NCBI GenBank assembly: GCA_963717935.1
Contig: CAVQXP010000004.1
Coordinates: forward strand, 1,792,001-1,856,000
Source: Candidatus Eiseniibacteriota bacterium
GTDB taxonomy: Bacteria; Eisenbacteria; RBG-16-71-46
DNA: 64,000 nucleotides
Direction: 5' to 3'
Positions 31,964-41,770 of the stretch are shown piece by piece. The first letter of the stretch is position 1. Each line of letters starts with the position of its first letter. A model generated the notes under the pieces. That model saw only the letters and a list, made by a program, of their open reading frames with translations. It made no database searches and had not been told where the DNA came from. The translations under genes and the position numbers were made by a program.

Positions 31964-32080
31964 TGGTCTGCTTCCCGGATCTCGGTCCAGCACGACCGCC
32001 GTTTGGCGGGTAGGATTGCGGTCCTCCAACCCCGGGAGGACCGGAGATGAAGACCAGCAAGTTCACGGTCGAACAGATCG
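31964..32080 (+). mobile_element. IS3-family left-end remnant
   Basis: IR-like TGGTCTGCTTCCCGG..., RBS, then MKTSKFTVEQI at 32047 (intact copy reads MKTSRFTVEQI), then unrelated sequence. Confidence 0.75.
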
Positions 32081-32249
32081 ACTATTTCCCGAACGGGGGG
32101 GACGAGCGGGGGCAAGGTGTAGGGACGGCCGGATTCCGCTCGGTTGCTGCGGAGCCGGCGAGGATGCTCGGATGGCGTGATCGCTTCGGGCGGGGCCCGG
32201 AGCGATCGATTCGCGGCGCCCCGTCGCCGGATCGCCGGTCGACGGCACC

Positions 32250-32846
32250 GTGAGCGGGTTAGCCCGGGCGGCGGGCGGGAGGGATTGGGCACCGATGCTG
32301 CCGATGTTCCTGCAACGGCGGATCCACGATTCGCAGGAGAGGCGGACGCTCGTCCGCGAGGCGAGGGCCAGGATCGGGGCGCTGGTCGGTGACGCCCCGG
32401 TCGTCGAGCTCGGCTGTGGATTCGGTCCGAACGCCGCCTTCTGCAAAGGGCCGTACGTGGGAGTGGACATCAGCGGCCGCGCCGTCCAGGAGGCGAAGAG
32501 GCGTCACCCCGCCAGGACCTTCCTGTGCGGAGACGTGACGACCGCCAGGGAGGTGGCGCCTCTCCACGCCACCGTCCTGCTCTGCGCGGTGATGCACGAG
32601 ATTCCCAACTACGCGGACGTCCTGAGGACGGTCGTGCGGCCCGACACCCGGCGCGTCGTCATCTGCGACTACGATCCGGCCCTGCGCGGCTGGCTCCGGC
32701 TGTGGATGTCGGTGTTCGAGCCCCAGGCCGGGAAGTGGTGGGGCTGCCGGCCGGAACTCCTGCTGCCCGACTCCGAATGGAGCGTCCGGAGTGGGCACGT
32801 CACCCGCGCCCTCCTCTGGTGGGAGTTCGAGCGGCGATCGCGTTGA
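32250..32846 (+). CDS. Class I SAM-dependent methyltransferase
   Basis: VVELGCGFG, YVGVDIS, FLCGDV and VMHEI. Confidence 0.75.
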   Translation: MSGLARAAGGRDWAPMLPMFLQRRIHDSQERRTLVREARARIGALVGDAPVVELGCGFGPNAAFCKGPYVGVDISGRAVQEAKRRHPARTFLCGDVTTAREVAPLHATVLLCAVMHEIPNYADVLRTVVRPDTRRVVICDYDPALRGWLRLWMSVFEPQAGKWWGCRPELLLPDSEWSVRSGHVTRALLWWEFERRSR

Positions 32847-32877
32847 ATCGGTGAGGACCGGCGCGGATGGGGAGCGG

Positions 32878-33020
32878 CGTCTCCCCCGGAAACGACGGCA
32901 GTTCTAGACTGGAGTAGGTTGGCCGCTTCGAGGTCCCAACCCCGGGAGGAGGGGATCAATGAAGCGCTCGAAGTTCTCCGAGGAGCAGATCGCCTATGTG
33001 CTGCGCCAGGTCGAAGCCGC
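32878..33020 (+). mobile_element. Second IS3-family left-end remnant (boundaries approximate)
   Basis: ATG at 32959 reads MKRSKFSEEQIAYVLRQVEA; preceded by CCAACCCCGGGAGGA, the same motif as before the 32047 remnant. Confidence 0.7.
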
Positions 33021-33045
33021 GCTCGAGGTGGGCGGTCTGCTCAAG

Positions 33046-33819
33046 CTACTGAAGCGCCTGTACACGCCTCGCGAAGAAGACAACAACCCCTAGCAGCAGT
33101 CCGATGATCAAGTATGCGAGCACGCGGGATACTCCGAGGGTGACATGCCAGCGGGTCGCATCGACATCCGTGCCCAGCACCGCGATGACTTGGCCGCTGG
33201 ACGGATCCCTGACCGGCGCCAATCCGGATACCCACGTTCCCCAACGGTCGGTGACTGGCCCCTCGACGAAGGGCTCGCCGGTCGTGAATGAGCGTACCAA
33301 CTCCGGCGTCGCGTCTTCGTACACTTCCCCCGGAGGCGAATAGTCGCTCGAGGCGGGGTCCGTGGAATCGAGCAGGAACACGACCGCGCTGTCATTCCGA
33401 CCCATGAGGTAGCTGAATCGTACTTCAGGGTGAGCCGTGCGTATCTCGATCAAACGGGTCACGAGTGCCTTGAAGGCCGGGGTGCTCTCGTCCGCAGGCT
33501 GGCCGGTCAACACCTGGATCTGGCTCACATCCAGCGAGTTCGCAAACGCCTGTGTGCACGCCTTCAGGCGTGATCTCTCGAAGTGCACACCGTGGCTCGC
33601 CACGAAGCTCAGCAGCAGGTTGCCGATGACCGCGACCAGCAGAATGCCCACCGCCGCAACCGTGATCAGGGGCACGCGCGACCTCGGCGGAGCGGTTTCG
33701 CGCTCCCAGCCCGGCAGAGGCGCCGTGCGATGGGCCGTGCGCTCGGGCGGTTCCAGCCCGCCCGTCGACGGGCTAATGAGCCCTGCGCAACGTGTGGGCG
33801 CTCTCTGAGGCACCGGCAT
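33046..33819 (-). CDS. Two-TM periplasmic Cache-like sensor domain without output domain (possibly truncated)
   Basis: TM - SPPGEVY...GPVTDRWGTWVSGLAPV...VLGTDV - TM, then stop. Confidence 0.65.
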   Translation of the reverse strand: MPVPQRAPTRCAGLISPSTGGLEPPERTAHRTAPLPGWERETAPPRSRVPLITVAAVGILLVAVIGNLLLSFVASHGVHFERSRLKACTQAFANSLDVSQIQVLTGQPADESTPAFKALVTRLIEIRTAHPEVRFSYLMGRNDSAVVFLLDSTDPASSDYSPPGEVYEDATPELVRSFTTGEPFVEGPVTDRWGTWVSGLAPVRDPSSGQVIAVLGTDVDATRWHVTLGVSRVLAYLIIGLLLGVVVFFARRVQALQ

Positions 33820-33878
33820 TAGCTTTGTACTCCGATTCCGGCTGGCTCCAGGACGACGACGCCTCGCCGCGGAGCCCG

Positions 33879-34616
33879 CTAGGGAGATGCGACCGTAAGC
33901 GCTAGCAGCCAGCCGGGAGAGACCCGACTCTCTCCAATCAGATCTCGGTTTTCCCACGCCCATTGCCGTTGCAGCGAAGACTCAAATGAGAGACCCGCCC
34001 GTTCCAAAGTCACGGTCACGCCAGTCTCCAGCGCAGTCATGCCGGACACGCCGTAGTAGTGCTCGAGACCGTACAGCTTGGACGTCACTGAGAATGAGGC
34101 CCGGGACATCGACCATCCGCGCGACAGTCCCGCTGTCCAGTAGCCTCCATGCCCTTCCGCGACATCCCAATGGAGGTCGAGCGTAGGCTCCAGAGATGTC
34201 TTGAGTCCCAAGGTTCCGATCAGTTCCTGCGTCGGACTCCAGTCGCGGTGGGGGTATTGGAGGTGAGCAATCCCAACCGAGCCCAAGGCTCGGCTCCGTT
34301 CCCAGTCATACTGAACGCCCACATCCAACTCATTGACTTCGCTACGTGCTTGATCCCAGTTGCTCCAGAGCTGCAACGAAAGTCCGTTCCAACCCGCCGT
34401 CACCTGGGGTTGGAATACCGGCTTGCCTTCGCTGTAGTCGAATCCGCCATGGAACAAGTATTTCGATGCATACGTCACGCCCCACTCGATGCTGGTCGCG
34501 GGCGTGGCCGAAGAGTCGCTCGGCAGGGCCGCATCCAAGGCCGCGGCACTCGCCGGAAGGGCGAAGAGGCAGCAGGCCACGATCGTGGCGACTGAGTGAA
34601 GACGGCGTGAGGTCAC
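33879..34616 (-). CDS. Putative outer-membrane protein (TorF/TIGR02001-like)
   Basis: Signal peptide; SKYLFHG...PVFQP...WSN...ELD motif pattern; beta-strand character. Confidence 0.55.
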   Translation of the reverse strand: MTSRRLHSVATIVACCLFALPASAAALDAALPSDSSATPATSIEWGVTYASKYLFHGGFDYSEGKPVFQPQVTAGWNGLSLQLWSNWDQARSEVNELDVGVQYDWERSRALGSVGIAHLQYPHRDWSPTQELIGTLGLKTSLEPTLDLHWDVAEGHGGYWTAGLSRGWSMSRASFSVTSKLYGLEHYYGVSGMTALETGVTVTLERAGLSFESSLQRQWAWENRDLIGESRVSPGWLLALTVASP

Positions 34617-34646
34617 AATGCGTTAGGGTCCATGGTCCGTTCTCAG

Positions 34647-34673
34647 TTGTCGGCAGGTTTGGCGCGATTGTGA
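34647..34673 (-). promoter_or_regulatory. Putative sigma-28-like promoter
   Basis: Minus strand TCAC-N15-GCCGACAA 31 nt upstream of the 34616 start. Confidence 0.35.
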
Positions 34674-34862
34674 GGGAAATCTGAAGTTCCGTGGCGCTCT
34701 GGAAGTGAATGGTCGCTCCCTGCGTCGCGGAGCCGGTCGTCATGCCAGGCGAGGGGTAGGGGGCGCGCTGCGGGCTGATCCGCACCCGGTTTCCTGGAGC
34801 AGCGGGACTGTCGCAATGAGCTAACCTCGGGGCCTCCTGAACCGCAAGGAGGAGGACCCAGG

Positions 34863-35129
34863 ATGAAGACGAGCAGGTTCACGGTCGAGCAGATCGCCCA
34901 GGCCTTGAAGCGGGTCGAGGGCGGGGTGGTGGTTGGCGAGGTCTGTCGGGAGCTGGGCATCACCGAGACGACCTTCTACCGCTGGAAGCGAAAGTTCGGC
35001 GGGATCTCCTCGCCGGAGCTGCGGGAGCTGCGGCAGCTGCGGGACGAGAACCGGCGCCTCAAAGCCGTCGTCGCGGACCTGACGCTGGACCGCACGATGC
35101 TGCAGGAGGCGCTCCGAAAAAAGTGGTAA
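34863..35129 (+). CDS. IS3 transposase OrfA (HTH)
   Basis: EVCRELGITETTFYRWKRKFGG...ENRRLK; AAAAAAG slippery site at 35117-35123. Confidence 0.92.
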   Translation: MKTSRFTVEQIAQALKRVEGGVVVGEVCRELGITETTFYRWKRKFGGISSPELRELRQLRDENRRLKAVVADLTLDRTMLQEALRKKW

Positions 35130-36004
35130 GGCCGGTCGAGCGCCGCGCCGTGACCCGCTGGATGCAGGAGGCCTACCGCGTGAGTCTGCGCCAGGCCTGC
35201 CGTGCCTCGGGAACGGCCTTGTCCTCGATGCTGTACCGCCCGGTCCGGCCGGATCAGTTCCCGCTGCGCCAGAGGATCAAGGAGATCGCGACGAACCGGG
35301 TGAGCTACGGGTATCGCCGCGTACAGGTGCTGCTGCGTCGCGAAGGCTGGAAGGTGAACGCCAAGCGGACGTACCGGCTGTATCGGGAGGAAGGGCTCTG
35401 TTTGCGGTCGAAACGGCCCAAGCGGCGCCGCAGTGCGCTGCGTCGACAGGAGACGATCACGGCCACCGGGACGAACCAGCTCTGGGCGATGGACTTCGTG
35501 AGCGATGCGCTGGCGGATGGCCGGAAGCTGCGGGTGCTGACGGTGCTCGACACGTTCACGCGCGAGTGCGTCGCGCTCGAGGCGAGCGGCTCCTTCGGCG
35601 GCGCCGAGGTCGCCCGCGTGCTGACGCGCGAAGGCGTCCGGCGCGGGTTGCCGGCGGTGATTCACGTGGACAACGGGACGGAGTTCACCTCGAAGGCGTT
35701 CGACCACTGGGCCTACATGAATCACGTGCGGCTGGACTTCAGCCGTCCGGGCAAGCCGACCGACAACCCCTTCATCGAGAGCTTCAACGCCCAGCTGCGG
35801 CGTGAGTGCTTATCGCAACACTACTTTCTGTCTGTCATCGACGCCCGGGTGGCGCTGGACGCCTGGCGGGAGGAGTACAACAACCGACGGCCCCACGGGA
35901 GCTTGGGGCAGCGGACCCCGGCGGAGTATCGTGCCGAGGTCGAAGGCGCCGAGGCGCCCGAGGAACTCGCTTTGAGCGTGCCCGGCTGCTCCAGCGGCGG
36001 GTAG
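35123..36004 (+). CDS. IS3 transposase OrfB (DDE integrase core)
   Basis: WAMDF, DNGTEF, DNPFIESFN and YNNRRPHGSL; lies in the -1 frame relative to orfA. Confidence 0.93.
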   Translation: MVRPVERRAVTRWMQEAYRVSLRQACRASGTALSSMLYRPVRPDQFPLRQRIKEIATNRVSYGYRRVQVLLRREGWKVNAKRTYRLYREEGLCLRSKRPKRRRSALRRQETITATGTNQLWAMDFVSDALADGRKLRVLTVLDTFTRECVALEASGSFGGAEVARVLTREGVRRGLPAVIHVDNGTEFTSKAFDHWAYMNHVRLDFSRPGKPTDNPFIESFNAQLRRECLSQHYFLSVIDARVALDAWREEYNNRRPHGSLGQRTPAEYRAEVEGAEAPEELALSVPGCSSGG

Positions 36005-36080
36005 CGGATCAGTCGCTTGCCCATCGCCAGCCGGGTGATAGGGTTTGGGACATTGATCGGGGCAGACTAGGGGGGGCGGC

Positions 36081-36680
36081 ATGGAATGGTCCTTGTTTCG
36101 TTACGTGAGTTTCCTCGCGGCGGGAGCTTTGTTCGCCGCTCCCGGGGGGAGCGCAGCGGGACCTCGGCTTTCCGGGCACATCGAGGGCGGCCTCGGATTC
36201 GCTGACGTGCGCCCTCTGACCAGCCCCACGACTCTCGGCGCGACGGTGTGGGTGGGGGGAGGCGTGCCCTTGGGGCGCGGACGTGCGACGCTCGAAATTG
36301 CTGCGACCGTCGGAGACGACATCGGCGCAAAGGTGCCTGAGGGCCCGTTCTCCGGGTCCAGGTCGTTGACCACGTTCCTGCTGGGGATGGAACTTGTCGA
36401 TTCGGGGGACGCGAGGGGCTTCTTCGTCTCGGCGGGCGTGGGAATCGGTCACTGGACCCTCTCGGGAGCCACGCGCGGGTGGTGCGACTTTCCCGACCCC
36501 GGGTGGTCGATACCGGCGCGCGACCTGACTGCATTCGCTTTCGGCGGGGGCGCAGGATTCCGCACTTGCGGCGGCCCCGGTCCGTTGGGCTTTCAACTCG
36601 CTCTGCGGTTCCACGGTGCCGTAGACGCGGCGCGCATCGCCGCGTCGGGAACTGCCCTCACGCTGGGCTTGGCCTATTAG
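36081..36680 (+). CDS. Hypothetical exported protein, small beta-barrel-like
   Basis: Signal-like N-terminus, Gly/aromatic strands and C-terminal LTLGLAY. Confidence 0.55.
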   Translation: MEWSLFRYVSFLAAGALFAAPGGSAAGPRLSGHIEGGLGFADVRPLTSPTTLGATVWVGGGVPLGRGRATLEIAATVGDDIGAKVPEGPFSGSRSLTTFLLGMELVDSGDARGFFVSAGVGIGHWTLSGATRGWCDFPDPGWSIPARDLTAFAFGGGAGFRTCGGPGPLGFQLALRFHGAVDAARIAASGTALTLGLAY

Positions 36681-37194
36681 GCAGCCGCACGAGTGACGAG
36701 CGCGGGTCCTTCCCGGGCCCGAGATGCGCGGTAACGGCGAAGCGCATCGTCCCCCTAGAGCATGCGCGGCGCGAAGGGGCGCTTCGTTTCGCTTTCGACC
36801 GTGGCTGCGGATTCTGAGGGGGTGCGTGGCGAGCCCCGCGACTCGCGGCGGAGCCCGGGCAGTGCGGGCTGGCTGGTTGCCCCGGCCACGCTCTGGAGGG
36901 GAGCGCCATGCATCTTCTGGGAGGTACGAGGCCGGCTAGTGCGTTGTCTCGCAAGCCAATACGGCTGCCCGCCGCCGGAGTGAGGCTCGAGCTTTACTTT
37001 TCGCTCGCCCGCCGTCTATCTTGCCGGCGTTGTCGAAGAAGTCGTAGTTGAGAGAGTGCCCATCGGGTTTCCGCGCACGCGAGAGCACGACGGCCCCTGG
37101 AAGTCGGCCCCAAGCCGAGCAACATGTCGTGTAGGGATAGGGACGGATCAAGCGAAGTGGTCACTTTGCGCCTGGAGGCGCGGAGGCACCCAGC

Positions 37195-37495
37195 TTGTTG
37201 TCCGTCCGACATCTCAAGAACGTCATGGGACCCGGCCTGGCCCTGACCGATGAGCAGTTGTCGGAGTTGCGCGACCAAGCCTACGAACTAGCCCGCGCCG
37301 CCGTCGTCCTGTACGACGATCCCCGCCAGAAGTCCCTTCCAGCCGTCACTCGCCCCACTCGCTCGCTTCTCCGACTCGTTCCGCCCCATCGGCTCGAAGA
37401 AGCCGAGGAGCGCGCCGCCAGCCGCGAGTTCGACGGGGGGCTGCCCCGCGCTGATGCCGAGCGCGCCGCGGTCACGGACCTCGGCCTCCCGGGCG

Positions 37496-37503
<8 letters not shown>
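37195..37503 (+). CDS. Small hypothetical protein coupled to the recombinase
   Basis: GGAGG RBS; EERAASREFDGGLPRADAERAA motif typical of phage/mobile-element proteins; overlaps the recombinase start. Confidence 0.55.
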
Positions 37504-39048
<1,545 letters not shown>

Positions 39049-39128
39049 GCAGGTGCTGCAGGGGCCGCACACCTTAGAGGCGTCGGTAGGCCCCGTGCAA
39101 GCAGGGCCCACCGACACGGTGGTGCGGG

Positions 39129-40916
39129 TCAGGGCGTGACGCGGACCGTGCGCGAGAGGACCCGTGCCTCGTCCACGGCGCCGTTCGAAACCAACTCGCT
39201 GGCCTTGCGCTCCGCGGTGTCGCGATCCGGGAACGCACCGATGATGACGGCGTACATCGTCGTGCCTTCCCGGAGCACCTCGGCAAGCCGGCCGGTCAGC
39301 CCGCTCGCTCCGCGGACGCGCGCGAGTTCGGATTCGGCCCGGGCGCGGTCCAGGTACGTGCCCACCGAGAGGCCGAACTCCTGGGTCGTCGCCGGCGGGG
39401 CTGGCGGGGTGGTGACGGTGGGCTTCGCGATCGTGCCTGGCGGAGGCGCCGTCACCTGCGCCGGGACGGGGTGGCTCGCCGCGGTCGTGGGCGCCGTCGT
39501 CATGGACGAGCCGGCCCCGGTGGAGTCCATGCCCCGCAGCGCTGCGGTCGAGTCGCTCGTCACGGCCGGCAGGGTGTCGGCCGCGAGCGTCATGTCGGTC
39601 GGGAGCACGGGGCTCTCGGGCTTGGCCCAGGGTCCGAAACGGAACAGGAGGAGCGTGCCCATGGCCACGACGGCGGTCACCGCGACCCCGATGAGCCACT
39701 TGATGCCGGCGTGCGAGGGTGCCTCCGGCTCCTCGTCGCGCAGGCGGACGTAGAGGCGAGACGGGAGCGTGTCGGCGGGGGAGGCGCCTGCGCCGGGCGC
39801 CGGAGGCTCGAGGGCGCTCTCGGCGGCATAGCGGGTTCGCGGCTCGACCGGTGCAGGTTCGGCCGGGGGCTCCGGCTCGCGCGGGATCTCGATCCTCTGG
39901 ACCTCCTCCAGCGTCAGTGCGGGCGGAGCGGGCGACTCGGGCGTGGCGTCGGCGCTCTGCGGTGGCTGCGCGAGCGACGAGGCCCGGGCCCCTGGGGGGC
40001 TCGCCCCGGTGCCGGTCTGCGGCGCCGCGAGCGAGCGGGGTGGCACGGCCGCGGGCCACGCGGGCAGTGGCGGCAGGCGTGGGTCGGTCTCGCTCCCCGG
40101 CAGCACGCTCTGGAACGTGGTTTCCTGGGCCGCGGAGCGCACGTGCCCGGGGCTCACGCCGGGCACGCCCTCCACGTAGGCGTCGAGCATGGCCTGCGCA
40201 CAGATCTGGTTGATCTCGCGCGGGATGCCGTTCGTGACGGCATGGACCTCGGCGCAGGTCTCCGACGGGAACACGCGGGGCGCATCGCCCCCGGCGACGC
40301 TGATGCGATACCGGATGTAGCGCTCGGTCTCGCCGGGTTTCAGCGGGCGCAGGCGGTAGTGCACGGGGATCCGCTGGCGCAACTGGCGCAGCTCGGGGAG
40401 CGAGAGCTTGGCCTCGAGCTCGGGCTGACCGACGAGGATGATCTGCACCAGTTTCTCGCCGCCGGCCTCGAGGTTCGAGAGCAGCCGGATCTCCTCGAGC
40501 AGTTCGCGGTCGAAGTTCTGGGCCTCGTCGAGCAGCAGGATGGCGCGCTCGCCGCGCCCGCGCAGCGCGAGCAGGTGCTGCTCCAGCCGGGCCATGGCCT
40601 GCGGCTTCGTGGCGGGCGGCGTGACGCCGACACCGAAGCGCAGGCAGATCTCCTCGATCAGTTCGCCGCGGGTCAGCGCGGAGTTGGTGATGAGCGCGAC
40701 CGAGACCCGCGTCTGCAGCTCGGCGAGCGCCTCGAACAGAGCGGTCGTCTTGCCGGTCCCGACCTCGCCGGTGATGAGCACGAACGGCTCGAGGTTCTCG
40801 ATGCCGTAGCGCAGGTGGGCGAGCGCTTCCTGGTGCTCGTGGCTGGGGTAGATGAAGCGCGACTGGTGGCCCGAGGCGAAGGGGTTCTCACGAAGTCCGA
40901 AATGGCTCTCGAACAT
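39129..40916 (-). CDS. ExeA/GspA-like AAA ATPase with Pro-rich linker, TM helix and C-terminal SPOR domain
   Basis: FGLRENPF, GEVGTGKTT, LLDEAQ, LVGQPEL and GIPREIN; C-terminal YAVIIGAFPDRDTA. Confidence 0.88.
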   Translation of the reverse strand: MFESHFGLRENPFASGHQSRFIYPSHEHQEALAHLRYGIENLEPFVLITGEVGTGKTTALFEALAELQTRVSVALITNSALTRGELIEEICLRFGVGVTPPATKPQAMARLEQHLLALRGRGERAILLLDEAQNFDRELLEEIRLLSNLEAGGEKLVQIILVGQPELEAKLSLPELRQLRQRIPVHYRLRPLKPGETERYIRYRISVAGGDAPRVFPSETCAEVHAVTNGIPREINQICAQAMLDAYVEGVPGVSPGHVRSAAQETTFQSVLPGSETDPRLPPLPAWPAAVPPRSLAAPQTGTGASPPGARASSLAQPPQSADATPESPAPPALTLEEVQRIEIPREPEPPAEPAPVEPRTRYAAESALEPPAPGAGASPADTLPSRLYVRLRDEEPEAPSHAGIKWLIGVAVTAVVAMGTLLLFRFGPWAKPESPVLPTDMTLAADTLPAVTSDSTAALRGMDSTGAGSSMTTAPTTAASHPVPAQVTAPPPGTIAKPTVTTPPAPPATTQEFGLSVGTYLDRARAESELARVRGASGLTGRLAEVLREGTTMYAVIIGAFPDRDTAERKASELVSNGAVDEARVLSRTVRVTP

Positions 40917-41010
40917 GGGTCAGCTTTCCCGGATCCTGGAGCGTGGAGCCGAGCCCGTCAGCCCCGGGGTCATCGGCGGGAGCTTCCCGGGCCTGGCCAT
41001 CGGGCGCGGC

Positions 41011-41592
41011 TCAGCCCCGCTCCGCGGGGAGCAGGTCGTTCACGGCGAAGAGCGGGGTGAACGGATAGCCGCGCTGGTGGAAGACCTGCGCGGCGCCCTG
41101 GTTCCGGTCCACCACGGTGACGATGCGCACGACCTCGGCCTTGTAGGACTCGGCCGCCTCGGCCGCGATCAGGGCGCTCTCGCCGCTGGTGATGACGTCG
41201 TCGAGGATGGCCACGCGCTTGTGACCCGCGAGGTTACCCTCGACCTGGCCGCGCGTGCCGTGGTCCTTCGTGCTGCGCCGCACGAGGAAGCCGTCCAACG
41301 GATGGCCAACCTGGGCGCTGTGCAGCATCAGGCCGGCGACCAGCGGGTCGGCGCCCATGGTGAGTCCGCCGATGGCGGTGATGCCCTCCGGCTCCAGCAG
41401 CTCCCAGAACAGCCGCGAGATCCACTGCAGACCCTGCGGGTGGAGGCTGGTCTTGCGGACATCGATATAGTAATTGGAGGTGACACCCGAGCTGAGGACG
41501 AACTCGCCGAAGCGCATCGAGCGCTCGAGCAGCATCCGGCGAAGATGGTCGCGGTCCGGACTCTCCAAGGATCCCTCCGGGGGCGGAATCAC
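41011..41592 (-). CDS. pyrE: Orotate phosphoribosyltransferase
   Basis: GEFVLSSG...YYID, KDHGT and ILDDVITSGES (PRPP motif). Confidence 0.93.
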   Translation of the reverse strand: MIPPPEGSLESPDRDHLRRMLLERSMRFGEFVLSSGVTSNYYIDVRKTSLHPQGLQWISRLFWELLEPEGITAIGGLTMGADPLVAGLMLHSAQVGHPLDGFLVRRSTKDHGTRGQVEGNLAGHKRVAILDDVITSGESALIAAEAAESYKAEVVRIVTVVDRNQGAAQVFHQRGYPFTPLFAVNDLLPAERG

Positions 41593-41770
41593 GGCGTCGT
41601 TCCATTGGCGGCAACGGAGTGTGCCCGCGGCCCCTGCCCGGCGTCAAGCGCAAGGCTGTCCGGCCCCTGCGGGGTCCGCCTTGACCCCACTCGGACGCGC
41701 TCCCTAGACTTGAGTGGCGACGCGGCCGGGACCGCCCTCTCGGGGGTCTGTGGCCGCGCGTCTTGTCGGG

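Larger units (their letters stand above)
34776..36011 (+). mobile_element. Intact IS3-family insertion sequence (IS407-like), 1236 bp
   Basis: TG...CA ends; imperfect IRs TGATCCGCACCCGGTTTCCTGGAGCAGC and TGATCCGCTACCCGCCGCTGGAGCAGC; orfA/orfB arrangement. Confidence 0.92.

Noticed and set aside
36681..37190. Possible ncRNA or attC site upstream of the recombinase module
   Set aside because: No recognisable attC core boxes or RNA family motif by eye; needs an Infernal search
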